Positions 1-11,722 of a DNA stretch of 64,000 nt are shown here, piece by piece (the first letter of the stretch is position 1; each line of letters starts with the position of its first letter). Source of the stretch: Planctomycetota bacterium (GTDB lineage: Bacteria; Planctomycetota; MHYJ01; WSZJ01). The notes beneath the pieces were generated by a model. The model was given only the letters and a program-made list of their open reading frames with translations. It was not told where the DNA came from and searched no databases. The translations under genes were made by a program, and so were the position numbers. Where the stretch lies: NCBI GenBank assembly GCA_038060895.1, contig JBBTCT010000022.1, positions 288,001-352,000 on the forward strand, read 5' to 3'.

Positions 1-599
1 TCGGGCGCCATGTACCACGGCGTCCCCAGCGTCGTCCCGCTCTGCGTCAGCGCCGTCTCGGAATCGATCTTCCGCGCAAGGCCGAAGTCCGCGACCTTCG
101 GCACGCCGGCAGGCGTCAGCAGCAGATTTCCCGGCTTCAAATCGCGGTGAATGATCCCCGTCCCGTGCGCGTAATGCACCGCCCGGCTCACCGTTTCCAG
201 GATCTCCGCCCCCTTGCGAATCTCCACGTCGTTCGCGCTCAGCGCTTCCGCCAGCGTCCTCCCGCGGATCAGCTCCATCACCAGGATCATTCGCCCTTCT
301 TCCCAGCCCACGTCGTAAATCGTCACGATGTTCGGGTGCGTCAGCTTCGCCGCCATCTCCGCTTCACGCCGGAACCGGATCCCCATCTCCGCGTCCCCGC
401 GGCTCTCCTCGCGCAGCACCTTGACCGCGACCTCGCGCTGCAGCTTCTTGTCGAACGCCGCGTAAACCACCGCCGTGCCGCCGCGCCCGAGCTCCTCGCG
501 CATCTCAAACCGCGAAGCCGCCAGCGGCGGCGCCATCTGCACCGTCGCCACTTCCTTCATGGCGCTTCGCATCGCATCGTCGAGGGATTCGGGTTTCAT
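1..599 (-). CDS. Serine/threonine protein kinase (N-terminal part; runs off window start)
   Basis: Manual minus-strand translation from ATG at 599: ELGRGGTAVVY, VAVK, IIHRDLKPGN, KVADFGLAR, GTPWYMAP motifs. Confidence 0.9.
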   Translation of the reverse strand, partial: MKPESLDDAMRSAMKEVATVQMAPPLAASRFEMREELGRGGTAVVYAAFDKKLQREVAVKVLREESRGDAEMGIRFRREAEMAAKLTHPNIVTIYDVGWEEGRMILVMELIRGRTLAEALSANDVEIRKGAEILETVSRAVHYAHGTGIIHRDLKPGNLLLTPAGVPKVADFGLARKIDSETALTQSGTTLGTPWYMAP

Positions 600-782
600 G
601 GTCGAGGTCCGGGAAGCGGCGGGCATTTTCACACAAAGAGATGCCCGGTGGCGTCCGGTTGTTTCACTTCATTCCAGGAATGACGGCATTTAAGGTTCGG
701 TGAAGGTTCGGCCGCTTCTCGAATGGGCATCTCACGCTCGTTGCTTCGCGTCCCGCGATTCCCGTAGAATCCATGGGCTCAC

Positions 783-1916
783 ATGGGGGACCTCGCGATG
801 GGCGAACACACGCGCGATCGGGCTGGCGCCGACGCGGATTCACTGCGCGCGGAGAATCTGCGCCTCGAGACCCTGGTTCGCAAGCAGGAACTGGACTTCA
901 AGACGCTCCTCGAGATGGCCAACGCGATCAACGAGCGGTCGCTGGATCCGCGCGGGATCGAGGCCTACCTCATCTACATCTGCAACGCTGTGCGCGGGCA
1001 GTTCGGGGTCACGAAGGCGCATGTGGTGCGGGAAGCGATGGACGGGGAAGCGCGGCGGTTCATCCTGATGGAGCGGGGGAAGACGGTGTTTGAGTGCGCG
1101 CGGGACGGGGAGTTCGCGAAGGCGATGGTGAAGGCGCGCGGGGCGGTGCCGCTCTCGGGGGATCCGGTGGCGAATCTGCCGGAGGCCGCGCAGCTCAAGG
1201 CGCTCGACCTCGAAACCGTGGCGCCGCTTCTGAGATTCGCCGAAGGAAAAGCCGAACTCAAGGGGGTGCTCGCGATCGGAAAGCGGCTCGTCAAGGCGCC
1301 TTTCGCGGCCGACGACCTCCAGATGTTTGGATTGCTGGGGAGCATCATCGCGATTTCGCTGCATAATGCGGAACTGCACCGGAAGGCGATCGTGGACACG
1401 CTGACGCAGGTGTACAGCCGGGGGCATTTCGACCTGGCGATGGAAGCGGAGATTTCCCGTGCGGAGCGGTACGGCGGACAGCATCATTCCGACGAGGTGC
1501 GGTTCGTGTCGCTGGTGATGATGGACATCGACCACTTCAAGAAGGTGAACGACACGCACGGCCACCTGGGCGGGGACGCGGTGTTGCGGGTGGTGGCGCG
1601 GGCGCTGAGGCAGACGGTGAGGAAATCGGACGTGGTGTCGCGGTACGGCGGCGAAGAGTTTGCGTTGATCGCGCCGGAGACGAACAAAGAGGAGGCGATC
1701 CGGATGGCGGAGCGGTTGCGGCTGAGGATCGCCGGGGAGAAGGCGGAGAGCGGCGGGAAGTCGCTGGCGGTCACCGCGAGCTTCGGGGTCGCGACGTACC
1801 CCAATGATGCGGGGGATCTGCGCGCGCTGGTGGCGGCCGCCGACAAGGCGCTGTACGCGGCCAAAGAGCGCGGGCGTAACCAGGTCGTCGCCGCTTCCGG
1901 CCGGGAGCACGCCTGA
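783..1916 (+). CDS. GAF-domain diguanylate cyclase (GGDEF)
   Basis: DIDHFKKVNDTHGHLGGD, RKSD I-site, RYGGEEF active site; N-terminal GAF-like region. Confidence 0.93.
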   Translation: MGDLAMGEHTRDRAGADADSLRAENLRLETLVRKQELDFKTLLEMANAINERSLDPRGIEAYLIYICNAVRGQFGVTKAHVVREAMDGEARRFILMERGKTVFECARDGEFAKAMVKARGAVPLSGDPVANLPEAAQLKALDLETVAPLLRFAEGKAELKGVLAIGKRLVKAPFAADDLQMFGLLGSIIAISLHNAELHRKAIVDTLTQVYSRGHFDLAMEAEISRAERYGGQHHSDEVRFVSLVMMDIDHFKKVNDTHGHLGGDAVLRVVARALRQTVRKSDVVSRYGGEEFALIAPETNKEEAIRMAERLRLRIAGEKAESGGKSLAVTASFGVATYPNDAGDLRALVAAADKALYAAKERGRNQVVAASGREHA

Positions 1917-3793
1917 TGGAACGGCCCATGGGGGGAGCGCGCCGTCCGGCGCCGGGAGGCACCAGCGCCAAGATGGGCGGGACGGGACAGCACCGTGCGG
2001 TCCGACCCGCGCCGGGGCACACCCCCGCGGGAACGCCACCGCCGTCGGACACCAGCCACCTGAGACGGACGGACGGCGGGCACAGCGCCGGCCACGGCGG
2101 GGGACACGCCGCCGGCCCCGCGCGCTCTCCGGGGACCTCCAGCGGGTCGCTCGGCGGCATGGGCCTCGGCGCCAAGTTCGCGCTCTTCATCGCCCTCACC
2201 GTCGCCATCGCCAGCTCCTTCCTCGTCGTCGGCGGGTACTACTCCGTCGCGAAGGAAATGGACCAGGAGATCGACGAAGCGGGCGTTCGGCTGACGAAGC
2301 TCGCCGCGGCGACGGCGTGGCCGATCATCAAGAAGCACATGGACGCCGGCGATGACAACCCGCGCGAGAAGCTGCTCGAGAACCTCAACAACATGGTCAA
2401 GCTGGTCGATCCCACGAACCAGCCGGCCTACAAGAAGCTCGACGACGAGAACCGCAACAAGTGGCTGAAGGCCATCCTGGAATCCAGCGACATCGACCCT
2501 TACAGCCTCCTGACCAATTCGACGATGGAGCTCGAAACCCCCGAGATCATCAACATCATCATCCTCCTGCCGAACGGGCGGGATTACATCGCCTCCATGA
2601 AGCGAGACCCGATCACCCTTGGAAATCCGACGCCTCGCGCCAAGATCGGCGGCGTGGAGATCCAGGAGGGCATCTACTCCTCCGGCAACAACGTCCGGGT
2701 GCGGCTCTTCAAGAAGCCCGTCCTCGACCAGAACGGAACCGAGCGCGGCACCGTGCAGGTCTACCTGAAGGCCGCGAAGATCGACGCGGCGAAGTCGCAC
2801 ATCCTGACGGCCATGATGATCCCGCTGCTCTTCGCGATCGTCATCGGCGCCGGCATCGGCTTCTACCTGTCCACGATCGTGACCAAGCCGCTCAAGACGC
2901 TCATCAGCGACATCCAGATCGTGTCGCAGGGTGACCTCGAGCACGAGACGAAGGCGCGGTCCACCGACGAGATCGGGTACCTCGCGCGGACGTTCAACCT
3001 CATGACGAAGAGCCTCGCGGTGGCGCACACGGCGGAGCTGCAGACCAAGGCGATGGAGCACGAGTTGAGCATCGCCGTGGACATCCAGTCGAACCTGTTG
3101 CCTAAGCGCATCCCGAAGATCCCGAAGTTCGAGATCGGCGCGTACTACCGGCCGTCAAAGGAAGTCGGCGGCGACTACTACGACTTCATCCAGATCGACC
3201 AGAACCACCTGGGCGTGATCGTGGCCGACGTGTCGGGCAAGGGCATTCCCGGGTCGATGGTGATGACGATGGCGCGGTCGCTTATCCGGATGGAAGCGGA
3301 GCGAAATCTGTCCACGGCCGACACGCTGATCAAGACGAACCGCATCCTCGCGCGCGACATCCGCCGCGGAATGTTCGTGACGTGCCTCTACGCGCTCATC
3401 GACGTGCAGAAGAACTCGATGCTCGTCTCGAGCGCCGGGCACAACCCGATGGTGGTCTACCGCAAGGCGACCAACAAGTACGAGCTGATCAACCCCAACG
3501 GCATCGCCCTCGGTTTCGACAAGGGCCCGATCTTCGAGCGCACCATCAAGGAACAGTCGATCCCGTACGGCCCGGGCGACCGCTTCGTCCTCTACACCGA
3601 CGGCGTCGTCGAGGCCATGAGCCCCCGGAACGTCGAGTTCGGGGACGAACGTTTCTACAAGATGGTCCAGACCCTCGCCGACAAGGATTCGAACGTGTTC
3701 ATCAACACCATCGTGAAGGCGCTCGACGACCACCAGGGCGACGGGGAGCAGCACGACGACATCACGCTCGTTACGGTGAGGGTGCTGGGCTAG
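1916..3793 (+). CDS. Membrane HAMP-domain PP2C/SpoIIE phosphatase (RsbU-like)
   Basis: Two TM segments, HAMP (DEIGYLARTFNLM), VGGDYYD, ADVSGKG, SAGHNP, YTDGVVEA, DDIT; TGATG overlap with upstream gene. Confidence 0.93.
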   Translation: MERPMGGARRPAPGGTSAKMGGTGQHRAVRPAPGHTPAGTPPPSDTSHLRRTDGGHSAGHGGGHAAGPARSPGTSSGSLGGMGLGAKFALFIALTVAIASSFLVVGGYYSVAKEMDQEIDEAGVRLTKLAAATAWPIIKKHMDAGDDNPREKLLENLNNMVKLVDPTNQPAYKKLDDENRNKWLKAILESSDIDPYSLLTNSTMELETPEIINIIILLPNGRDYIASMKRDPITLGNPTPRAKIGGVEIQEGIYSSGNNVRVRLFKKPVLDQNGTERGTVQVYLKAAKIDAAKSHILTAMMIPLLFAIVIGAGIGFYLSTIVTKPLKTLISDIQIVSQGDLEHETKARSTDEIGYLARTFNLMTKSLAVAHTAELQTKAMEHELSIAVDIQSNLLPKRIPKIPKFEIGAYYRPSKEVGGDYYDFIQIDQNHLGVIVADVSGKGIPGSMVMTMARSLIRMEAERNLSTADTLIKTNRILARDIRRGMFVTCLYALIDVQKNSMLVSSAGHNPMVVYRKATNKYELINPNGIALGFDKGPIFERTIKEQSIPYGPGDRFVLYTDGVVEAMSPRNVEFGDERFYKMVQTLADKDSNVFINTIVKALDDHQGDGEQHDDITLVTVRVLG

Positions 3794-3842
3794 GCGCGTC
3801 CTGAGGTTGGCGGCGTGAATTCAACACCTGGGAGAGCAGCGG

Positions 3843-4289
3843 ATGGGTGAAGTGCACGACCGGATCGTCATCACGAACGACACCAAGTTCCTCGGTTTCG
3901 TGCGCGAGTTCATGTCGCGCATGATCCGCCAGTCGTCGCTCTCCCGCGAGGACGAGAACAAGATCATCCTCGCGGTGGACGAAGCCGTCGCGAACATCAT
4001 CGAGCACGCGTACGAGAACCAGCGCGAGGGGACGATCGACGTCGAGTGCCTGGCCGACCCGGTGAAGTTCGTCGTGACGATCCGCGACTCCGGCCACCAG
4101 TTCAGCCCGGAAGCCATCGAGACGCCGAGCATCGAAGGGCACGTGAAGATGAAGAAGAAGAAGGGCCTGGGCATCTACCTGATGCGCCTCATCATGGACG
4201 AGGTGCGCTACACGTTCCGCGAGGGAATCCAGAACGAACTCGTGCTCGTCAAGTACATCGGGGGAAAGCCCAAGGCACCGCAGGCTTAG
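3843..4289 (+). CDS. Anti-sigma factor / Ser kinase (RsbW-like, HATPase_c_2)
   Basis: LAVDEAVANIIEHAY, IRDSG, GLGIYLMRLIMDEV. Confidence 0.92.
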   Translation: MGEVHDRIVITNDTKFLGFVREFMSRMIRQSSLSREDENKIILAVDEAVANIIEHAYENQREGTIDVECLADPVKFVVTIRDSGHQFSPEAIETPSIEGHVKMKKKKGLGIYLMRLIMDEVRYTFREGIQNELVLVKYIGGKPKAPQA

Positions 4290-4347
4290 TTCCGTTGAGT
4301 CAGCCGGGGAGGATCGCTAGAATCCCCGTCCAACATCGAGGAATCAG

Positions 4348-4695
4348 ATGGCCGAGTTCCACATCCAGACCAAGAAGCTGAACAACAACATCGTCTTCAT
4401 CGCGGTGCAGGGTTTTCTCGACGCCCACACCTTCGAGGAGATGGAGAAGACGATCAACGACCTCTTCGACGGCGGCACCTACCGCCTCGTGGTCGACCTC
4501 TCCAAGCTCGACTACATCTCCAGCGCCGGCGCGGGCGTCTTCATCGGCGCGATCGGCACCGCGCAGGAGAACGACGGGAACATCGTCCTCATGAAGCCGA
4601 GCCCGAACGTGAAGGAAGTCTTCGACCTGCTCGGCCTCAGCCAGATCTTTCCGTTCGCCAACGACGTCGACGGAGCTTCGAAACTGTTCGCGTAG
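4348..4695 (+). CDS. STAS anti-anti-sigma factor (RsbV/SpoIIAA-like)
   Basis: VVDLSKLDYISSAG phosphorylation motif; GAGG SD upstream. Confidence 0.93.
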   Translation: MAEFHIQTKKLNNNIVFIAVQGFLDAHTFEEMEKTINDLFDGGTYRLVVDLSKLDYISSAGAGVFIGAIGTAQENDGNIVLMKPSPNVKEVFDLLGLSQIFPFANDVDGASKLFA

Positions 4696-4771
4696 AGGGG
4701 CCGGGCCGGAATCAGAAATGAAGTCGCCCGGAGCGGAATCGCTCCGGGCGAAGTTGTTTTCGGGGACTCCG

Positions 4772-5323
4772 TCATTCGCCGCGGCGCGCCCAGTCGATGA
4801 CGCGCTTCCAGAATGGGTAGAACCACGGCTCGTCTCCGCTGCGGAACCTCCATCGCCAGGTTTCGTCGGTGGCGGAGCAGAAGACGCGGCCGCGGCCGGT
4901 TTTCCTCGTGACGAATAGCGGCATGCGCCGGTCTTCGGGGCCGCATTCCACAAGCGCCTGCGCGTCCGCCTTGCAGCGGGTCGCAAGAAGCCAATGGATT
5001 CCCGGGATGCCGTCGCTGCGGCGGTCTCTGTCCTCCCAGACTTCCGTGGAGGGCGCCGGATTGGCCGAAAACGAAGTGATCGAGCTCAGGATCCCGAAGT
5101 CGGTCAGCCTGTATGCGTAGACAGCGGGTGATTCGGGGAGCGGCGTGTCGATTTCCACCGGCAGGAGCGGCTGAAGGTCCTTCTCGTCCCAGAGACTCGG
5201 CATCGCCTGTTCGCCGGCGATCAGGATGAGGCCGCCGCCCTCTTCCGCGACCCACGTGACCAGATTCTGCCAGCACATCCAGGACGCCATGTCCGGAGTC
5301 CGCAGCGTCCAGGGATGCCGCAT
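4772..5323 (-). CDS. Class I glutamine-amidotransferase-like domain protein (possibly a fragment)
   Basis: GGGLILIAG...LLPV...GRGRVF...DETWRWR...FW pattern resembles GATase-like domains of large membrane proteins; start uncertain. Confidence 0.55.
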   Translation of the reverse strand: MRHPWTLRTPDMASWMCWQNLVTWVAEEGGGLILIAGEQAMPSLWDEKDLQPLLPVEIDTPLPESPAVYAYRLTDFGILSSITSFSANPAPSTEVWEDRDRRSDGIPGIHWLLATRCKADAQALVECGPEDRRMPLFVTRKTGRGRVFCSATDETWRWRFRSGDEPWFYPFWKRVIDWARRGE

Positions 5324-5407
5324 CGCCGACCCTCCGTAAGTTCCTCTTCCTCGACGCCGCCGGACGGGGAGCTGTTCAGCGCGATCGGGTCCCGCGGGTT
5401 CTACGAC

Positions 5408-5950
5408 CTACTCGAAGATCTCCGCGACAGGCGCCAGGACGCCTTTCATGACGACCGACGTCGCCGATTCGCCGCGCTTGAACGCACCGTGTTCGTTCCA
5501 ACCCTTCTCGCTCCACACCAGTACCCGGACAGTCTCCGCCACGGGATCCACGATCCAGTACTCCGGGATCCGGAATTCGTGATACAGCTTCTTCTTCGTC
5601 ACGAGGTCGCGCTTGCGGCCCGATTTCGACAGGATTTCGATCGCGACGTCGGGCGGGCCTTCGAGACGCGGGTCGGCACGTTTCAGGGTCTCCGGAGTCA
5701 TGAAAACTATGTCCGCCTGAACGACGGTGTGGACCGAGAGGACCGTGTCAAAGGGGGATTGGACAGCCTGACCGATTCCCAGCTTCCTGGCCTGCAATTC
5801 GAGGAGCAGGAACAGGTTTCCACAGATTCGCTGATGACGGAGGCAGGGAGACGGGCTCACCAGGAACTCTCCATTGATGAGCTCGACGCGTTCCTCGTCG
5901 TAAGCCAGGTAGTCTTCGACGGTTTTCTTGATGGGGCGGAGCATGGACAT
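5408..5950 (-). CDS. Uma2 family (DUF820) endonuclease-fold protein
   Basis: ERVELINGE, SPSPCLRHQ, PDVAIEILS, K..LY..FRIPEYWIVDP; start placed at MSMLRP after GAGG. Confidence 0.9.
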   Translation of the reverse strand: MSMLRPIKKTVEDYLAYDEERVELINGEFLVSPSPCLRHQRICGNLFLLLELQARKLGIGQAVQSPFDTVLSVHTVVQADIVFMTPETLKRADPRLEGPPDVAIEILSKSGRKRDLVTKKKLYHEFRIPEYWIVDPVAETVRVLVWSEKGWNEHGAFKRGESATSVVMKGVLAPVAEIFE

Positions 5951-6161
5951 GACCTCAGGATAAGGGACGAGCAGGGGCCGGAGAAGGCCGGCTGCGAAGT
6001 GTTGTGAGTGGTGTGTATGTTTGGGACTTGTAACATCAACTGCGATAACTGATACCACATATCTGGATCAAGTCAAGCCGCTTCATGGAAAAAATGTTCG
6101 TTTCTCCCGGGCGCCGGCCTCCCGGCCTGCCCCGGCCGCGCCGAAGTAGAATGCCCCGCCC

Positions 6162-7022
6162 ATGCTCTTCGACGACTCCTTCCTCCGCACACTCGAATCC
6201 CTCGTGCTGCTGGCGAAACGCCTCCGCACCGGCGAGCGCGCCGGCGAGCGCCCGTCGCCGCGCACCGGGGCCTCCGTCGAATTCCGCGACTATCGCTCGT
6301 ATGTCGAAGGCGACGATCTGCGCACCGTGGACTGGAACGTCTACGCGCGGCATGGGCAGCTCCACGTGAAGCAGTTCTCGGCGGAGCGCGATCTCCACGC
6401 ATGGGTGGCCGTCGACGTGTCGGAGTCGATGGGGTTTTTCGGGAAGCGCGACCAGGCGCTCGCGCTCGCGGCGGCGGTGGGGTACGTCGCGCTCGCGCGG
6501 GGGGACACGCTGTCGTGGGAAGCGTTCGGTGAGAAGAAACTGGCGGGCGGGGAAGGGCTGCGCGGTAAGGGCGCCGGGATCGGGTTCCTGCGCGCGCTCG
6601 AGGCCGCGCCGGCCGGCGGGAAGACCGACTTGCGCGCCGCCTCGCCGCCTCCCGGCGCGTCGCGCGGGCTCGCCGTCGTCGTCAGCGACTTCTGCGATAC
6701 CCGCTCGCGCGAAGCGCTGCACACGATGCGCCCGCGCGGCGGAAACGTCGTGGCGCTTCATGTGGTCGCGGACGAAGAGCTGAAGCCCGCGCTCGAGGGG
6801 CCGCTGCGGCTGGTGGACGCCGAAACGGGCCGCGAGGTGGACGTGGACGCAGACGAACGGACGCTCGCGCGCTATCGCGAAGCGCTCGTCGCGCGCTGGG
6901 ACGCGCTCGAGGCGTTCTGCGCCCGCGAAGGAATGCCGTACCGCCGCGTGCTTGCCCGGGCGCCGCTTCTGGACGCCGTCGCGGCGCTTCTCCGGCCGGG
7001 CGGCGCACTGGCACGCCGATGA
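6162..7022 (+). CDS. DUF58 domain protein (MoxR-associated)
   Basis: EFRDYRSYVEGDDLRTVDWNVYAR, DVSESM, VVSDF. Confidence 0.92.
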   Translation: MLFDDSFLRTLESLVLLAKRLRTGERAGERPSPRTGASVEFRDYRSYVEGDDLRTVDWNVYARHGQLHVKQFSAERDLHAWVAVDVSESMGFFGKRDQALALAAAVGYVALARGDTLSWEAFGEKKLAGGEGLRGKGAGIGFLRALEAAPAGGKTDLRAASPPPGASRGLAVVVSDFCDTRSREALHTMRPRGGNVVALHVVADEELKPALEGPLRLVDAETGREVDVDADERTLARYREALVARWDALEAFCAREGMPYRRVLARAPLLDAVAALLRPGGALARR

Positions 7023-8707
7023 GCTTCGACCGTCCGCTGTTTCTGTGGGCCTTCCTGGCGCTGGCGCCGGTGGTGGCGGCGTTCCTGATGAAGCGCCGCC
7101 GGATGCGGGTCGTGGTTTCCGACCTCGAGGCGTGGCTGGCGGCGGCGGAGGCGAAGCGGGCGAAGGCGGGGTGGCGGACGATCCGGGACGCGGGGTCGCT
7201 CGCGATGAATCTCGCGGCGTGCGCGGCGCTCGCGCTTGCCGCGGCGGGGCCGCGGCGCGCGGGGCCGCAGGGAACGGACTGGGCGCTGGTGTTCGACGTG
7301 TCGGCGTCGATGGGCGCCCGCGACGGCCGGTGGCGAAAGGCGATCGAGGGCGCAGACGCCTTCGCGCGCGCGCTGCCGTCCCGCGACCGCTTCCGCATCT
7401 ATCTTGCCGGAGAGTTCCCGCGCGCCGTCGGCGGCTGGCGCGGAGGCGGAGAAGCGCTTCCCGTGCTGCCGGTGCCTGAGGAACGGGCGGGGGATGTGGA
7501 CGGGGCGCTCGCGCTGGTGGCGCTGGATCCCGGGGCGAGGCCGGGGACACTTCGGACCGTCGTGTGGACCGACCGGGCCTGCGCGGCGGATTTCGCGCCG
7601 CGGTTGGGAAAAGCGGGGAACAACCTGGCCATCGAGGCGATCGAAGCCTCGCGAGAGTGGAACTCTGCGAAGGTGGAAGTCACGGCGCGAGTCGCGAACT
7701 ACGCTTCTGCCGCCGTTGGGACGATGGGCTGGGCCCGTTTCGGTTCCGGCGCGGACGACTTGATTCCCCTCGACGTGGGCGATCTCGCGACCGGAGAGTC
7801 GAAGGCGGTCTCCGCTTCAGTGCTCGCTCCCGCAGGAGGCATGCTGGAAGTCAACCTGACTCCCGGCGACGCTCTTGCGCTAGACGATTCCGGGTTCGCG
7901 GCCGTCCCCCCGCTCCGCCGCGCGCGGGTCCTCGTGGAGGCGCCGGAAGCGAAGTCGCCGTTCCTGTCGTCGGCGCTGGCGGTGCTGAGTCCGGCACTCG
8001 AGGAGGGGTCGGGGATCGTGGAGCCGGGGAAGGCGAAAGGTGCGGATGTTTTTATTTTCGACCGGTGCACGCCTTCCGCATTCCCGTGCCTTTCAATTGC
8101 TCTTCCGGAAGTTCGACCGGCCGTCGATGCCCCCGCCGTCACCTCCTGGGCCACCGACCATCCGATCCTCCGCGGCCTCGACCTCTCCCGCCTCCGGGTC
8201 GCCCGCGCCCGTCCGCTGCCGCGCGACCCTGGAGCCACCGTCCTCATCGACTCCGCCGCCGGCCCTCTGGCCGCCGCGTCCGCCGACCATGTCGTCCTCG
8301 CCTTCGCTCTCGAGGACTCCAATCTGCCGCTCCTGGCGGCCTTCCCGCTCTTTGTCCGCAATTGCGTGGAAGAGCTATCCCGCGAGAGGCCGCTTCCGCC
8401 CGCCCTGACCGGGGACTGGGTGACGCCGTTCGCGGGCTCGTACGAGGTGTGGGAGGCGGGCTCGACCTCACCTCATGCGGGAGCGTGGCGCGCCGGGAGG
8501 CCGGGCGTCGTGATCTTCAGACAGGGCGGCGTATCGCGGCCGCTGGCCGTGAACTTCTTCGACCCCGCGGAATCGGCGCTCGTCGATCCGCCGGCCGGCC
8601 GCGAACTTCCCGCGCCGGAGCGGGAGCCCTCGCCGCCGTGGGTATTCCTTGCCGCGGCCGCTGCCCTGCTGCTCGCGCTGGACTGGGCCCTGCCCGGCCG
8701 GCGCTGA
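7019..8707 (+). CDS. BatA/vWA domain membrane protein
   Basis: MSFDRPLFLW BatA-like N-terminus, ALAAAGP, FDVSASM MIDAS-like motif, C-terminal TM; ATGA overlap. Confidence 0.82.
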   Translation: MSFDRPLFLWAFLALAPVVAAFLMKRRRMRVVVSDLEAWLAAAEAKRAKAGWRTIRDAGSLAMNLAACAALALAAAGPRRAGPQGTDWALVFDVSASMGARDGRWRKAIEGADAFARALPSRDRFRIYLAGEFPRAVGGWRGGGEALPVLPVPEERAGDVDGALALVALDPGARPGTLRTVVWTDRACAADFAPRLGKAGNNLAIEAIEASREWNSAKVEVTARVANYASAAVGTMGWARFGSGADDLIPLDVGDLATGESKAVSASVLAPAGGMLEVNLTPGDALALDDSGFAAVPPLRRARVLVEAPEAKSPFLSSALAVLSPALEEGSGIVEPGKAKGADVFIFDRCTPSAFPCLSIALPEVRPAVDAPAVTSWATDHPILRGLDLSRLRVARARPLPRDPGATVLIDSAAGPLAAASADHVVLAFALEDSNLPLLAAFPLFVRNCVEELSRERPLPPALTGDWVTPFAGSYEVWEAGSTSPHAGAWRAGRPGVVIFRQGGVSRPLAVNFFDPAESALVDPPAGRELPAPEREPSPPWVFLAAAAALLLALDWALPGRR

Positions 8708-8739
8708 GCCGCCAGGTCCGGAGGTAAACGCGGATCGCG

Positions 8740-10224
<1,485 letters not shown>

Positions 10225-10291
10225 ATCCCTCCAAGACGGAATCCGGCGAAATTCTCTCAGAAAATTCCGGAATGTGATCCGGTTGAGGAGT

Positions 10292-11722
10292 TCATGCGCC
10301 GCCCCTGTGGAACGGCGAAACGCCGGCCTTTCGACACGCCTGGCGCATGATCCGCGTCACAGTCTTCAATTCCTGGACGTCGTTGATCTTCCGCAGGATG
10401 GCGGCTCCCTTGCGCCAGGTTTCGCGGGATTTCCCCGTTCTGCCCCGCGCGAGAAGGAGCAACGCGTATTCGCACAGGTGCGATCCCTCAAACTCCCGGT
10501 TCCCGACTGCGCGATGGAGCCCGAGGGCCTTCAGGTAGGTCTGCCCGGCCAGCCCCGCGCGCCCGGAGTCGCGATAGATGCCGGCCAGGTTCCCCAGCGA
10601 GATCCCCTCGCTTCGGATGTCCCCGACCTCCCGCACGGCCTCCAGCGCCTGATGGTGGAGGCGTTCGGCCTCCTCGAAGCGGCCCGTGAACTGGCGCATG
10701 GTCGCCAGGTTGACGAGAGACATCGCCTCGATGCGACGGTTGCCGACTTCGCGATGGATCGCGAGCGCCTGCTCGAGAGTCCGCCGGGCCTGCCTGGGGC
10801 GACCCGCGGCGGAATGGAGGTTGGCCAGGTTTCCGAGCAGGAAGGCCTCGCTGCTGCGGCTGCCGGCGCCGCGAACCAGGGACAGCGCCCGCTCGAACGA
10901 CCGTTCGGCCTTAGCCACCCGGTTGGTTGCCCGATAGACCGAGGCCAGGTTGCCGCGCGCAATCCCTTCGCCCAGTCGGTCGGAGACCTCGCCGTAGGCG
11001 GCGAGCGACCGCTCCAGGGTCCGCTCGGCCAGATCGAGGCGCCCCGTCATCCGGTAGATGTTCGCCAGGTCTCCCAGCACCGCGGCCTCTCCCCGGCGGT
11101 CGCAGGTGTCCCTGAGAATGACGAGCGCCTCCTTCATCATTCGCTCGGCCTCCACCAGGCGGCCGGTGTCCTGCCAGAGCTTGGCCAGGATTCCGAGCCC
11201 CCCCGCTTCCAGCCGCCTGTCTCGCGCCTCCCGCGCAAGCCGCCTCATTTCCAGGAAAAACTCTTCCGCTTCCCGCGACAGGCCTCTTGTGGAAGCGGCA
11301 ATGCCCGCGCGGTAGAGCGCCATGGCCCGGCTCGTGCCCGTGGAAATCCCGGCGAGCTGAAGCCAGAGATCCTGCGCCGCTTCGTGCCGGAATTGCCGCT
11401 GCGAGAACTCGGCCGCGCGTCTCAGGTACAGAAGAAGCGCCGCGGCGGCGCCGTTGTCCGGTGCCGGGTCGGTCGCGGACATCCGGACGTGCCAGGCCAG
11501 CTCGTGTGCAAACGGGTCGGTCGGGTGCGGCGCTGACGGAGCCGCATCCGAGACCACCAGCGGCGGGGACTCCGGCGGCCGCCCGCCCGCCAGATCCTCG
11601 ATGGCCGAGAACGCCACCGCGTGAAGCCGCGCGCGGTCGCCCGGGAGTTGCAGCTGATACGCCGCGTCCCGCAGGAGGGCGTGTCTGAAGAGGTACGCCA
11701 GTTCCCGAGAGGGGGTTGGCAT
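10292..11722 (-). CDS. Tetratricopeptide repeat protein (orphan STAND C-terminal module, paralog 1)
   Basis: Begins YLFRHALLRDAAYQLQLPG; ~40-aa TPR units (LGNLA..Y..TGR..EA...E.AL...REVG.RR.E). Confidence 0.85.
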   Translation of the reverse strand: MPTPSRELAYLFRHALLRDAAYQLQLPGDRARLHAVAFSAIEDLAGGRPPESPPLVVSDAAPSAPHPTDPFAHELAWHVRMSATDPAPDNGAAAALLLYLRRAAEFSQRQFRHEAAQDLWLQLAGISTGTSRAMALYRAGIAASTRGLSREAEEFFLEMRRLAREARDRRLEAGGLGILAKLWQDTGRLVEAERMMKEALVILRDTCDRRGEAAVLGDLANIYRMTGRLDLAERTLERSLAAYGEVSDRLGEGIARGNLASVYRATNRVAKAERSFERALSLVRGAGSRSSEAFLLGNLANLHSAAGRPRQARRTLEQALAIHREVGNRRIEAMSLVNLATMRQFTGRFEEAERLHHQALEAVREVGDIRSEGISLGNLAGIYRDSGRAGLAGQTYLKALGLHRAVGNREFEGSHLCEYALLLLARGRTGKSRETWRKGAAILRKINDVQELKTVTRIMRQACRKAGVSPFHRGGA

